A DNA stretch of 64,000 nucleotides from Macrostomum lignano (taxonomy: Eukaryota), in the NCBI GenBank assembly GCA_002269645.1, contig NIVC01000248.1, positions 1 to 64,000 of the forward strand, read 5' to 3'. Position numbers and translations under genes: made by a program. The notes beneath the pieces were generated by a model. The model was not told where the DNA came from and made no database searches. It saw only the letters and a program-made list of their open reading frames with translations. The stretch's first letter is position 1; each line of letters begins with the position of its first letter. This document shows positions 1 to 12,799 of this stretch, one piece after another.

Positions 1-1770
1 TTCCTCTGTTCGGAGCTGTTGAGGCTGCTCAGGCTGCACTGGCTTCTGCTGAGTCGGAGCTTGCTGCTCAAGATCCACAGATGCCTCAGAAGACTCAGAT
101 GAATAAGTTGACGTTGAAGTTGAAGTTGAATCTGAACTTGAATTAGCAGTGGATCTTGACGATCCGGGTCGCTTGGTTGATCCTATAGAACGATGGAATG
201 TTTCACATTGAAGGAATTTTTACGAGTTAAATTTTGAACTAAATTTTGCAATCACATGCACAAATACGTACCTCGTTATTTTTTCGTCTTCTGATACGGC
301 TTTTTCTAAAATGCGTTAAATACATGAAATTTGCTAAGAGACACGATTTTTACCGACCAGAGCGGGAAGACAAGTTAAAATGTATTTAGTAAAACAAAAT
401 GGCGTTAACTTGAAAGAAAAGCTTTGAATTCTGCGGAATCTAAAACTTATGTCTGGACCATTCCAAATTTAAAAGCAGTATAGCTATTGATTAACGCTGA
501 TATACGCACGCGGTGTGCTGTGTCATTCTAGAGCAACCCTGCTGCCTGCAGCCCTTCGACACTATGCAGGGCGTCCCAGTTAAACCGTCTCTCCTCTCTT
601 ATCCATGTGAGTAAACGCGCTCTGCATTTTTCTTTCCCGTTTTCTCGCCCTCCTGTAGGAGGGGACTATTTCCCGTGGTAAAGAGGAGTGGGGTGGGTTG
701 AACTTCTTCGCCGATTGAATGGAGATCGGGAGCACAAACCAACCAATTTTATACCGTTGGCCAAGCCACTGCCTATGTACTCGTAATTAATAATTTCCCG
801 ACTCGATTGTAGCAACATTCTTTGATATCTGTACCTAGCTCGTAATGTCGGGGACAATGCCATAGCTTGGAGAATACAAGCGTATAATGGAATTTAAAGT
901 GAAATTACGCAAATCAAACGCATTCCTAGAAAAGGGTAGACAAAAGTAGACAAGCATACATATAATTATCAGGTACTGTTTAAAGGTACGGCCCAAGTAA
1001 AGTGCATAAGAGACAGAAGAAGCTAGAAGCTTAAAAAATCATCGGCAAGAGCTTCTCACCTGAAGCTTGAATCTGATGAGGGAGTTGAAATCCACCAAGA
1101 TCTGCAATCGTACTCTCGGCGTCTTGTTTGAACACTGCGTCGTTGTCAACCTCATCGTCGGTGGCGGTAGCGTCGGATATCTCGTCCGAGCTCTCCTCCA
1201 GAATCGGATACAGGCAGCGACCGTTGCTGGGCAGGCTTGACGAGAAGTACAATGAGCTGCTGCCGCCCTCCCGCAGAATTTCCTGAATGCTCTTCAGCTC
1301 CTGTTGGTTGCTGTCATTGCCTTGCGGCACAAACAGAAATTCTGAATCCACTTCTTCGCCTTCCTCTTCAGTCGCCGGAGACACTGCATCCTGCATGGAA
1401 GCCGAATCGGCATCCAGGTACCAGGTGCTGTCGGAACTGTCGCCGCTGCTGCCTCGGGACCAGCGCGGAGGAGGCGGTGGCGGCTCATCTAGACTCAATG
1501 CTTCTAGCGACTGCGCCCGCCAATCAAGCTGCTCTTCCTGCCGCTCAGTCTTGGGCTTCATCAGCCAGTGCGGCTGCGGCTGGCTGGCCGCCCGCGGCCA
1601 AGTCAAGTCTGGCCTGCCGTCCTCTCCTTCAGAGGAGTCCAGAGCATCAGCGAAGTTGGTTGGCTGTCTGCGAAGCTGCATCGCAGGCTGCAAACTATCT
1701 GAGTGACGAAACTCTTGACTGTTCACCGTCAAGTCAGTTGAATTGTAGTGCACCCACTTCTGCATGCTCT
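1..1770 (-). CDS. Partial multi-exon gene for an acidic Ser/Glu/Asp-rich, probably disordered protein of unknown family; runs off the window start
   Basis: Exon ~1770-1060 (MQKWVHY...LYPILEESSDEISD...QIQAS) ends at a phase-1 donor CAG|gtgaga (1059). A phase-1 acceptor ttctatag|GA at 182 continues in frame (GSTKRPGSSRSTANSSSDS...EQPQQLRTEE) to base 1. No recognisable domain; the start codon is uncertain. Confidence 0.5.
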
Positions 1771-3247
1771 GTCTGAAGGAGGAGGTCAAAGATTTCGGCT
1801 GCCGGCCACGTTGGGAAATTCTTCAGTTCTTTTTTTAATTTTAACAAAGACGCGACTGGAATAGTCTAAGACTTGCATGCCAAATGTTGAGCATTTCCTC
1901 TCTATTCCTCTATACTTGGGCGCCGCATGACGCAGTGAAAGAAGTTGCCCCAGTCTTGCAAAGAAAAGACTCTCTCGGGCTAAATAAAGAAGTTTGTTTA
2001 AAGCACATTGCCAACACAATTAAGAGGCCACAGGCTCGGCTGCAGACTGGAACGCAAGGGCGTCTTTTTGGGCGGAGCTGGCCAGGCGTGTTCGGGTCTG
2101 TCTGCGTCATGCTCTCCAGTGCGTGAGCGGCTTCTGCATTGCAAGCGATGTACAAGAGTACAGCCGACCTTCCTCAGAGTGTGCAGAGAAATTCTGCATA
2201 AAAAAACTTTATTCTGCCTTGTCGAAGACTGTTTTCGACTAAAAAGTGGCTATGGGTAAGGCATATATATCTTATTGTGAGGGAATGCTGGCCAGAAAAA
2301 TAAGCGAACCTGCATGCTTTGCCTCTCTGATCTGCATGAAAAACTTTTTACGTTACATTTTACAGTACTCCATCAGCTGGAGTCTTGTCTTGTAACAATC
2401 CTTAGCAAAAATTCGCAAATTATAAGCACTACTACATGTACCTGTACATAATGTATCCAGTGTAAAAGAAGCAAACAGCGGCAGCAGCCCTTTTAGCATG
2501 ATTCTTATTGGCCAGTTTGTGCGCATCATTTGTATGAAAGCAGTTTTAAGATGCCAAATGTTAACGGTTCGAGCTAGCTTTCAGTTCAAATTGATCCAAC
2601 ATTGATCTAAAGCGCTATTGTCATGTAGACTCCGGATAGAAGTTGCTTTACCGATACATGCAGTATATGGACGACTAACGTAAAAGTACGCAAGGTCAAG
2701 GATGTCATAGATACGAAGTACGAAGAAACGTACATGCATACGAAGAGATTACAAAGTCCCTTTCTGATTCAACGAGTTGACTACTGAAAATTATAATTTG
2801 TACAACTGATTGAATATACATATGTACATGCACGCACAAGGACCACGTTATATACAGAGGTCCTTCCATACGAATTACATAGTCAAAAGGGGCGTAATTA
2901 TAAATGCATCATTCTGAACTTCAGTTTTAATTCTACATCATCTGCAGCAACAGCACGTCTGTAAATCAAATTGCCTTTTTAGCTGAAAATAATTAAGCAT
3001 TAATGATATCAAAATGGCATGATCAATGGATCTACATGTAACTGTACTGTGCGAGTTCACTTCAAATAAGACGAGAAAAGGACTACTAGACTAGAACAAC
3101 AACATTCCAGTGTTCCTTAGATACAAACCACTTACTTACTTAGCCACTTACTTAGCTACAGGGCGGTCCGAAGTCGCAGCGGGAAGGCGAGCGTCGCCCA
3201 TTCCGCTAATCCCTGAAAGACCCGCATAGGCTAGGGCGCGGGGCCGG

Positions 3248-6200
3248 TCAGGGAGGTCTGCCGGTCCTGTCTGCAGCGTTGTCTTCGGTGGGGAAGACGG
3301 AGGCTCGCTTGGTGGCCCGGAGGAACCGGATGAGCCGTGGGGTGTTCTCGGGCCGGCAAACGTCGTCCAGGGACGGGTAGGGCCCGAGGTGGTTGAGCCG
3401 GTCTCGGTTGAAGGCCGGGCAGTAGCAGACGAAGTGCTTGGCATCTTCGTTCTCGAGGTTGCAGAAAGGGCAGAGTTCGCTCCGGCGGGCACTTCAAAGG
3501 AAACAGTGCCTGGCAAAGCAACCGTGACCTGTGAAGGTCATAGTGAGAGCGCGGATATCTTTTCGATTTTGGTTCAAAAGGATTCTCCGCAGCTTGAGGG
3601 ACGGATTGGGCACTGCCGCACGAGATTGGCGGCAGTTGGAGATACCATCCCATCTGCGCAAGTGCAGGATGTCCGCCCAGTCGTTAATATGACATTAATG
3701 ACCGTGGCGGGGATGGGGGCCAGGGGCACGGGGCCAAGGGGCGAGCCGGAACAGCCTGCCTTAGCGAGGGAGTCGGCGAGCTCGTTACCTTTGAAGCCGG
3801 CGTGTCCTGGGATCCACGTAAGCCGGACGGTGTTCCTCCGAGCCAGCTTGTTGAGCTGCCCGATACAGTCGCGGACTGTTCGGGAGTTCGTAGTGGTGTG
3901 ACACAGGGCCTGCAAAGCGGCCTGGCTGTCAGAGTGGAAGAAAATTCTTCTGTCCTTGAAGTCCCTGCAGTGGAGCTCAGCTGCACAGGAGCTGATGGCA
4001 AGGACTTCGTTCTGGAAGACGCTGGAGAGTCTGCCAGTGTGTTGGGCGTGAGTAGCGATCACGCGGCCGTTGATAAGGATGCAGACTCCAAAGCCGGATA
4101 AACCGTCTTTGGAGGATCCGTCAGTAAAGCAGTGAACCTTCTGAGGGGCCCAGCTGTCGTCGGCGTTCTCCCTAGAGGGATAGTGACCTTGAAGCGTTGG
4201 TAGAGATTGAGGGAGCGCGGCTCAGCGTCCGAAAGGACAGCCGCATTCCCACTCTCCTCCAGAACTTTAAGGCTTTGGTCAGAGTGCGGCAGGAGCTTGC
4301 GCTTCGCCATCGCTCTTTGTGGCTTGAAGCTAACGCCTGCCTCGATGAGCCGGCGGGTGGTTTTAGCAGCCTCGCGACGGACAAAGATGTCCAGAGGCGG
4401 GAGGCAAAGAAAGGCGTTAAGGCCGTCAAAGGGAGCAGAGAGCGGGGCATTCAGGATCATGCGGCACGCACGTCCCTGCACCTTTTTGAGGGCTTCGTGG
4501 CAGGTTTTAATCTGCAAGGCGCTGGTCCAGACCAGGCCGGCGTAAGTAACGGCCGGTCGGACCATTGCGGTATAGATCCACCAGAGCCGTTTCGGGGTGA
4601 GGCCCTAGGTGGTGCCGACGGCTCTGCGCAGCTGCGCAAGAATCGCGAGGGCTTTTTTGGTTTTGGCCTGGACGTGGGTGGACCAGCTCAGCCGGTGGTC
4701 CAGCGTAACGCCGAGACACTTGGTTTGCTTGCAGGATGGGATTTCCACCTCGTAAAGCTTTAGTCGGCGAATACGCCAGTTAACCCTGCTGGTGAACATG
4801 ATCGCAACAGTTTTGGTCTCAGAGAGCCTGAGGCCGCACCTGTCCGCCTATTATTCAGCAGAACGAATAAAGTTTTGCAGAAGGTCCCTAAGGGTTTCAG
4901 GTGACGGACCGGATGCCACGGCTGTGACATCATCGGCGTAACCGACCTTAAGGATGGGGTCAAGATGGCTGTCCTGGAGGAGCTCATCGATGACCATGTT
5001 CCAGAGAACTGGAGAGAGGACACCGTCCTGGAGGCTGCCTTTGCAAATGGTTACCGTCCGTTGGTGGCCCAACAGGTGTGCATGATCCACCGGGTGAGGT
5101 GCGAGTGGGTTCCTCTAGCACGTAGAGCTCTGTCGAAAGCCTTAAAGAGGACATTATCGAAGGCTCCAACAATGTCGAGGAAGACAGCGAGAGCGTAGCC
5201 ATTACCAAGAACGGCTTTCTCCAGCATGTCAACCAAGACATGAAGCGCACTCTCCGTGGACCTGCCTGGCCGAAAGGTGTGCTGGTTCTCACTGAGCGGC
5301 TTGTTCTTCAGTTCCACAGAGAGGAGGCGCCAGAGCACCAGTCTCTCTAACAGCTTCACCAGTGAGGAGGTGAGGCTAATTGGTCTGAAGGATTTAATGG
5401 ACCGGTAGACCGGTCGGCCGGGCTTGGGGATAAAAACCACCTTGGCCTCGGTCCAGGGTTTCGGAACAAAGCCGAGAGCAATGCAAGGTTTTAGAAGCCG
5501 GCAAAGGTTCCGCATGAAACCGGTGCATTTCACCGCCTCTCGCAGGAAGGCTGGCACAACGCCGTCCGGTCCTGGGGATTTGAAGGGTTTGAAGGAGGAG
5601 ACTGCTTTAGTAACGCGGTCCTCCGTGATGATTGAGTCAGCCAGTACGTGACCGCCCATTGAGTGATCAGGGGGGTCGGGCCTGGCTGGCTCGTTCGGGA
5701 AAAACGCTGTTTTTCTTCCAGTGTTTCTCCTGGGTTCTCAGTGAGCGAGCCGTCGGCTCTCTTGACTGAGGAGAGTTTGGACATTTTGTCCAGGGTGAGG
5801 GCTTTAACGATTCTGGAGGTGGGGCGGGAGCTCTCAAGTTCCTCACAGTATTCGCGCCACTTGTTGGTTTTGGCGTTCCTAACCCGCCTCTTGAATTCGT
5901 GGATAGCGTCAGGTAGGCGGTTTGGTCGGCCCGGTTTTGAGTTTTTTGGGCTCTACGGTGAAGCCTTTTGGCTCTGCGACGGAGGTCGCCAAGCTGCGGA
6001 TTCCACCATGGGGCCGACTGTTTGCCTTTATATGCTTTTAGTGGGCATGAGGCTTCGAAGGCAGCAGTGAACGAGTCCGTAAGTGCGGCCGCAAAATCAT
6101 CTGCTTCCTCGCAGGTGTTGATGGAGACTGGAGCGCTAGTGCAGCGATAGGTCTCCTCCAGGGCAAGCCTGAAGGCGGTCCAGTCGGTATTCCTAGCATT

Positions 6201-6934
6201 TCGTTTCCAGTAAAGCTGGCCTGCGTTTCGGGCACTGGCTAGCGTGAAAGAGGTGAACTTGTGATCGGAGAGGGACGCCTCAGGAAGCACCCGCCACTCC
6301 CTAGTGCTCTGGAAGAGCCTGGGCGTGGGGAGGGTGGCATCGAGCACCTTCGATCGGCGTCCGTTATTGAAGGTAGGGGTACTACCCGAGTTACAGAACT
6401 CAAGGGTTGTAGTAGCAATATAAGCCAGGAAGTCTTCACCTCTCTGGTTAATATCAGAACTGCCCCAGTGGGTATGGTGGGCGTTGATATCGCCTGCCAC
6501 AAGCAGCTTTAATTTCTGGTGGAGCAGAGCTCGACCAATGTGACAAGCTCGACCAATGTGACAAGCTCCCCTGGGATCATCTCGCCGTCGCCCGGTAGGT
6601 AAACCGAGGCGATGAGAGTAGTCCTCCCAGGGAGTATGTCTTCAGATTGGATGACGCAGATGTCCCTGGTGGACAGGTCCGATCTGAGCCATGCGTTAAG
6701 AGAACTGGACACCATGATGCAGGATCTTGGTGTCAGGTTTCCCTCCCGGGTGCCAGCGGTTAAACACTGGTAGCCGGTGGGGACATGTTGGGGCCTGCCC
6801 CTTAGTGTCCAAGGTTCCTGGATAAGGATAATCCCTGGCGCGTATTGGTCAGTGTGCTTCAAGAGGTTGACCGAAGCAGCAATGCTGTGCTGCAGGTTGA
6901 CCTGCAAGCAGTGGATGCCCTGGGAGACGGTCAT
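3248..6934 (-). pseudogene. ORF2 pol pseudogene (APE endonuclease, reverse transcriptase, RNase H, zinc knuckle) with several frameshifts and stops
   Basis: APE: LQVNLQHS, LIQEPW, AGDINAHHTHWGS. RT: KSPGPDG, FRPISLTS, NQHTFRPGRST, FLDIVGAFDNV, QDGVLSPVLW, GYADD, KCLGVTLD. RNase H: SVFQNEVLAI, FHSDSQAAL, WIPGHAGFKGNELADSLAK. C-terminus: CPFCNLENEDAKHFVCYC. The motifs are spread over several frames. Confidence 0.92.
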
Positions 6935-6936
6935 GT

Positions 6937-8021
6937 CTACTGTCCAGGGGAGGAGAAAAGCAACTCATTCTCAGCCTCATCGGTGAGAGTTGAGTCGCCA
7001 ATTTCCATTGGCTCAGGCTCAGCCGCCTCCCCAGCCGCCGCAGAGGCGGACACGGCGCCCACGGCAGGTGAGTCACCTAGCCGCGCTACACCGCCCTCCC
7101 CCCAGCGACTGGGGTACGGCTGCTGCCTTCGCCTTGCGCCCGCCGTCGGGAGTCTGAGCTCGGCCGGCAGCGTCCTCCTGGTGGTAATCCCACCAGTTGG
7201 AAGGCTGAGCCATGCCGTCGTCCAGTTCCCTCGGCTGGCTTTCAGTGTTTTTGCGAGCAGCACGAGTCTGCTCGAGGTGAAGTCTCCGAGACTGAGCTTC
7301 GTCAAGTGCGCGCTGGATTAGCCCGGACCGCCGGTTACTGCGGGCGGGTCTACGTCCGCGCGAGGCGGACTCAGCAGCGCAAATAGCCTTGTTAGGCTCG
7401 GGATCGGGTTGCTGCTGCCGCTTGGCCGGCGGAGCCTCCCAGCTCCGGGAGCGGCGCGCTTCCCGTCGTTCTTTGTCTCCACCTTGCCCTCCTCACAGCG
7501 GAGGATGGTCAGTTGATGGGGACCAAGGTGGAGGTTTGTGCCGTGCGGTAGCCGCTTGGCCCATCCCTCCGTCAGGCCGAGGATGACGGTGGCCCCGGTC
7601 GTGCCCTTGCGGACCGTGCTGTGGTACACAAGACCACTGGCGTCGAGATCCGGGTGCCGCTTGAGCAGGAGCTGCCGCAGCTGCTCCCCGGACTTGATCG
7701 CACTGTCGGCCGAGACTCAAATCCGATGGCGGATGGTCTTCGGCCGCTCGCTCTCCAGGGCGAAGGTCAGCTGGCCCAGGTCGCTGTGCCAGTCGAACTT
7801 GGGCAGCTGATCCCACAGGAGCTGGGTGCTTTCCTCGGATTTGCACCACAGTAGGATGCACCGTTCGCCTTGGTGGACTTGAAGATGTCCACGAAGACTC
7901 CCTCCGGGTTAGGTTGAGCGAGCCCTCGTCGATGGTACGCCACGCGACGTCGAGCTGCTCGGGCGTCAGGTCGAAGTCCCCGCCGAGGATAATCACGGCG
8001 GGTTGCAGCGGCTGCTTGACC
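6937..8021 (-). pseudogene. ORF1 remnant of the retrotransposon (5'-truncated, internal stop and frameshift)
   Basis: Reading frames 7996-7493, 7629-7318 and 7305-6937 lie directly upstream of ORF2; the TAG at 6939-6937 is 2 nt before the ORF2 ATG; there is an in-frame TAA at 7320-7318. Confidence 0.65.
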
Positions 8022-8697
8022 TACAAACCGCGCAGGTTTTATTGTATATTATTAAGCATGAGGCAACAAGTTAAGCAATGCACGAGTAATATCAACTTTT
8101 GCCAGCATTATAGACATATCCAGAAGATCTCAAGCAAATACTTTCAGATTCTGGCGAGTTGCTTAGCGTTGGCAGGTGATTAATCTACATTTTTACATTT
8201 ATTGCCGGCCAAATTTATGGATTCGCGATTCGACGGAAAATGAGGCTCTGGTATAGCCAATTGCAATATATAACACTTAGAGATAACAAGGACGACTTAA
8301 GTAGAAGAACGGGAAACCTCGTTTCTTGGAAAATTTTTGAAGGCAGGCTTTTCCGAAAAAAATACACTACGCGGAGATAGTAAGTTTTCATTTTTCAGCA
8401 CAACATTGTTATTGCTTTGATTGGAGGCAGATCCTGCAGTGTTCATCTGCATTGTGCCGTTTTTATTGCTCCATCGATATCCATAAAGCTTTTTGTTCAA
8501 AGAATTAGAATTCTATGTTAATTTTTTATTCTACGTACATTTTATGTACCTTGAATCTATTTTATCATCTCTGTGACAAATATTTGTGTAACACAGTCAG
8601 CTAAGAATGATAAAATAGACTCATAAAACCAAAGAGCTCAGCGTGCCATTTTAATGGTTTTTAGGCACAAGATACGTGTAAATGTGTACCGTAGAAT

Positions 8698-8758
8698 CTA
8701 GCGGAATGGGCGCCCGCGCCTTCCCGCTGTGTCCCCTCCGGGACAGCCCTGCAGCTAA
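8698..8758 (+). mobile_element. 61-bp extreme 3'-end stub of a related LOA-type LINE
   Basis: Flanked by a 12-bp direct repeat GTACCGTAGAAT (8686-8697, 8759-8770). Sequence tagcggaatgggcg..cgccttcccgctg...gccctgcagctaagt matches the 3' UTR of the large element (reverse complement of 3145-3210). Confidence 0.85.
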
Positions 8759-10502
8759 GTACCGTAGAATAAAAAATTAACATAGAATTATAATTCTTCG
8801 AACAAAAAGCTTTATGAATATCGATCGTGAGCAATAAGAAAGGCACAACATATCAAAAGATGAACACTGGATCTGCCTTCAATCAAAAGCAATAACATTT
8901 TTGTGCTGAAAATTAAAACTTCCTATCTCCCGTCGTTGTATTTTTTTCGATAAAGCCTGACTTCAAAAATTTTCCAAGAAGCGAGATTTCCCGTCCTACT
9001 TAAAGTCGTCCTTGAGAAATAATTTAATATTTGATCAATCTTATCTTAAAATTGTGAAATATATCCTCGTATCGCCTTACATCAAATAATAGTATACTTA
9101 TAAATTCATTCATAATCCTAAAATCTCATAAACAAAGACTAGGAAGTTTTAAATCTAGCACCGTAAGGAAAATAGTTATATCAGTTTAAACAATTTTAAT
9201 GTGCTAGTATCTTTTCGTTTTATCCAAACTATGCTTCGTTGCTTTTTTATGTAAATTAAAACACAGCTAAAAAAATAGAACTATTTTTTTCTAAAATAAT
9301 AAGTATGTCTTTTTTGTTCAGAACAATCTAAAACAGTACTTCTGCCAATACTTCATTTGTCATTGTGACGAGTGAAAGAGCTTCCTTGTTCTAAGCAAGA
9401 GTGTTTGCTTACACCTTCTTAGAACTGTATTAGTTTACTGTATTTGCGTTTTAACTCGAGATTTTATGAGCTTTAGACAACACATATAGCATGCACTTCT
9501 TTTTCTTAAATACTTTTTATGACTGCTTCTACTAGGCCTTAACTTAGTCTGGATAGGCCTATTTTTTAGACCAAGAAGTTCAATTAACTTTGGTTGACCC
9601 TATTGTGGAATTGCCCACCATCACCAATATTATTTAATATCATACTTACATTTGATATATATCAAGTTATGTTCCATATTGCCTTTCTTTCTACATTTAA
9701 GTTTAACAATTAACAATATTAATGTTGTAGGGGTTAACTTCTGTCCCTAATATAATCTTTACAAACTGCCACCAATTTGTAACAGGGGTTATTTCTAGGG
9801 CCTATCCTCCTTTTTTGCTAAATTTGTACTAGGCCCTAGGGTTATTTCTTACTACTTGATTTTATTGGTTATTTCCTGTAAGCCTTGTATGTTTACTGGT
9901 AGCATATGTACTTTTAGCCTAAACAGTCTAATGGCACTATATTTCTAATTCTTTAAATCTCCCAGTTTTCTCCTCTAGGAGGGTTTCCCTTCAGGGTTTC
10001 TCTTCAGACTTTATGTCTAGATCTCTCTACCCTGTGGTAAGATTTCTACCTTCTATTATATTGCAAAAGGTTTTCTATGTATGCCGGACACATTTTTATT
10101 GAATTTTCAATTGTATGCCAACAGATTTTAAATGTGTGCCAACTTGAAAGAACAATAAAAAATCAATGAATATTTAAATTTAAAATTGAACTACAAAAAA
10201 TTGATAACAACATGACAATTGTTGTGACAATTCCAGTAATTAAAATGATTAGTAAATGATAAAATAGTAGCAGAAAAAATAGTTTTTGAAATAACTTAAC
10301 ACAGAAAAAGCACAAAAACATTCCTTATATTCATTTCTATGCTAGTCGCCATACACCACACTGAGACTGTACGCCACACTGTACATAGCCAAGAAATATA
10401 CGCTAGTGTGTGCCACAGAAATCAAGTATATGCCGGAATTTTCTGGCATATCCCCACCATCTGCAAAATAGGCCTTCTAAAAGTGATTTCTCAGATTCTA
10501 AT

Positions 10503-12212
10503 CTAGGGGGAAATCCAAAAATCGGGGGCAAGTTTTATGAAAATTCGTTTTTTGGCAATTTGAAAGCAATAAAGCTATAAAATAAATTTATTCATGTTTT
10601 TAAAAAGTAAAAAAGTCTATTAAAGCACAAATTATTTTCGTATAGCTTTATTTTTAATAAAATGATTTGTTAAAACGGTAAGTTTAATTACGACCTAAAA
10701 TGAGTCTAATGAAAATGATTAAAAAGCTATAATAATGTATTTTATTAACTTTAACTATCTTATAATGTTACACTTTATAATTCTACAACATATTTAACAT
10801 TATTTTAAGGTTTTATTTGTTTATCACTTTCGTTACTCTTGACAACGTGTATTTTGTAGAGTTCGTTTGCAATAAATTGTATTCAACGTAAGTTTATTAT
10901 TTAAACATACAAATTCCCGTAAGGATCGGAAAATTGCATTTTACTCAGCTTCTACTAAAGCGATTTGGAAAATTCTTTTTTTCCTGCATACACGCCGCGA
11001 TGATACATGTTTTAGTGTAATTTCATTGTTCTTCGTCGCTTAATAAGCATACAGTAAGCATCTGATTTGGAAGCCGGGTAACACATTGGAATTCCCATAA
11101 GGATTGGAAAATTGCATTTTACTCAGCTTCTACTGAAGTGATTTGGAAAATTCTTTTTTTCCTGCATACACGCCGCGATGATACATGTTTTAGTGTAATT
11201 TCATTGTTCTTCGTCGCTTAATAAGCATACAGTAAGCATCTGATTTGGAAGCCGGGTAACACATTGGAATTCCCATAAGGATTGGAAAATTGCATTTTAC
11301 TCAGCTTCTACTGAAGCGATTTGGAAAATTCTTTTTTTCCTGCATACACGCCGCGATGATACATGTCTTAGTGTAATTTCATTGTTCTTCGTCGCTTAAT
11401 AAGCATACAGTAAGCATCTGATTTGGAAGCCGGGTAACACATTGGAATTCCCATAAGGATTGGAAAATTGCATTTTACTCAGCTTCTACTGAAGCGATTT
11501 GGAAAATTCTTTTTTTCCTGCATACACGCCGCGATGATACATGTTTTAGTGTAATTTCATTGTTCTTCGTTGCTTAATGAGCATACAGTAAGCATCTGAT
11601 TTGGATGCCGGGTTCACATCTTGTGGTACCATTTTTTACCCAAAATTTTTAAGTCTAAATATAGGCATATTACAAATACTATTACAAATAAGTTGATATT
11701 TAAATGAAAGAAAACAACTTAAAGATTATTTTGCAACAAGGAATTATCGATATATTTACTTTTAGAAAAAGATGTTTGCTGGCAAACTTTGCACTTTATA
11801 TTAGTATGAATTTTTGCGAGTTTATATGGTTTTAGAAAAACTTTGAAATCCTTAGAAATACTTCATCTTTTTGAATTGAATAAAAAGTAAAACACAGATT
11901 ACTTTCTGTTTTGTAATTAGTAAAAAAATTAGCCTTCTCTAAGGCCTACAAGTCTTAAAATTAATTGTTTAATAATGAAAAAAAGTGAAACAAAAAATTG
12001 CAAATCGGTCAACTCAGACTTTCAAAATGCTTTTTTGTGGTTTTTTCTTATTTATTCAACAATACAAAGCATGAAAACAATAGTTTTTATCCAGAACTAT
12101 TTTCTAAAGACCTATCTATCTTTCAAAAACCTTTTTTAGATACATTACTTTCCATCGAATGTCCGCAGATTTGTTTTACCGTTTTATCCCACGTTTTTGG
12201 ATTTCGCCCTAG
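10503..12212. mobile_element. Non-autonomous DNA transposon with ~25-bp TIRs and an internal satellite
   Basis: Left end ctagggggaaatccaaaaatcgggg; reverse complement of right end ctagggcgaaatccaaaaacgtggg. TSD is ambiguous (TA or CTAG), so the superfamily is not assigned. AT-rich and non-coding. Confidence 0.65.
10915..11615. repeat. Tandem repeat, ~179-bp unit, ~4 copies
   Basis: Unit ...cccataaggattggaaaattgcattttactcagcttctactgaagcgatttgg...gccgggtaacacattggaatt recurs at a ~179-bp period. Confidence 0.95.
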
Positions 12213-12799
12213 ATATCTTGTTCTTTTGAAAATAGGTTGAACACTCCTAGTCTTGGGGTTATTCCTAAGTCACTATCTACTACTCAATATAAGTAACATA
12301 AGTGATTACAAGCCCAAGGCTGATTGAATTTATTTCTAAATAAGAGAATAGAATAAGAAGCTTATGCAAAATAAGCAGGTAAGCACAATCAAAGCTTGAG
12401 CTTAAAGGTGAGAATTTATTTTGGTCAGGCCCTCAGATAGCTGTTTATAGTATAAAAATTTATTACAGTTTTAAACAAATCATTGTACAAAATATACAAC
12501 ATATTTCTAATATATATTTAATACAAGCTGTTGAAACCCGCAGATTTTGAACCCGGGGAATTCCAATACCCAGAACTACTTTTGCATGTATTCTGATATC
12601 TAAGGCCATATAGAAACAAAAACTTATTAATAGTTAGTAAGATAGAGGTAGACATAAAATGGAGCACATTTGTGTAAAATTAGGGTTTGAGACATTGTTG
12701 GCTGGGGTACTGCGCAGAATGTTAGGCAATGTCTGTCTGACTCTAAAACATATATTGCTAAACTGGTCTCTCACTGACTTTCCCTACGTCCCTTGGATC

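Larger units (their letters stand above)
3130..8021 (-). mobile_element. Non-LTR retrotransposon, LOA/R1 (I-group) type with RNase H; 5'-truncated and disrupted
   Basis: 8-bp target-site duplication TACAAACC at 3122-3129 and 8022-8029. 3' tail of short TAAG repeats (gctaagtaagtggctaagtaagtaagtg). Contains an ORF1 remnant and ORF2 with APE, RT, RNase H and CCHC motifs. Confidence 0.92.

Noticed and set aside
3231-7854. Numerous plus-strand and off-frame ORFs over the retrotransposon
   Set aside because: Shadows of a GC-rich element; the motifs are all in the minus-strand pol frames.
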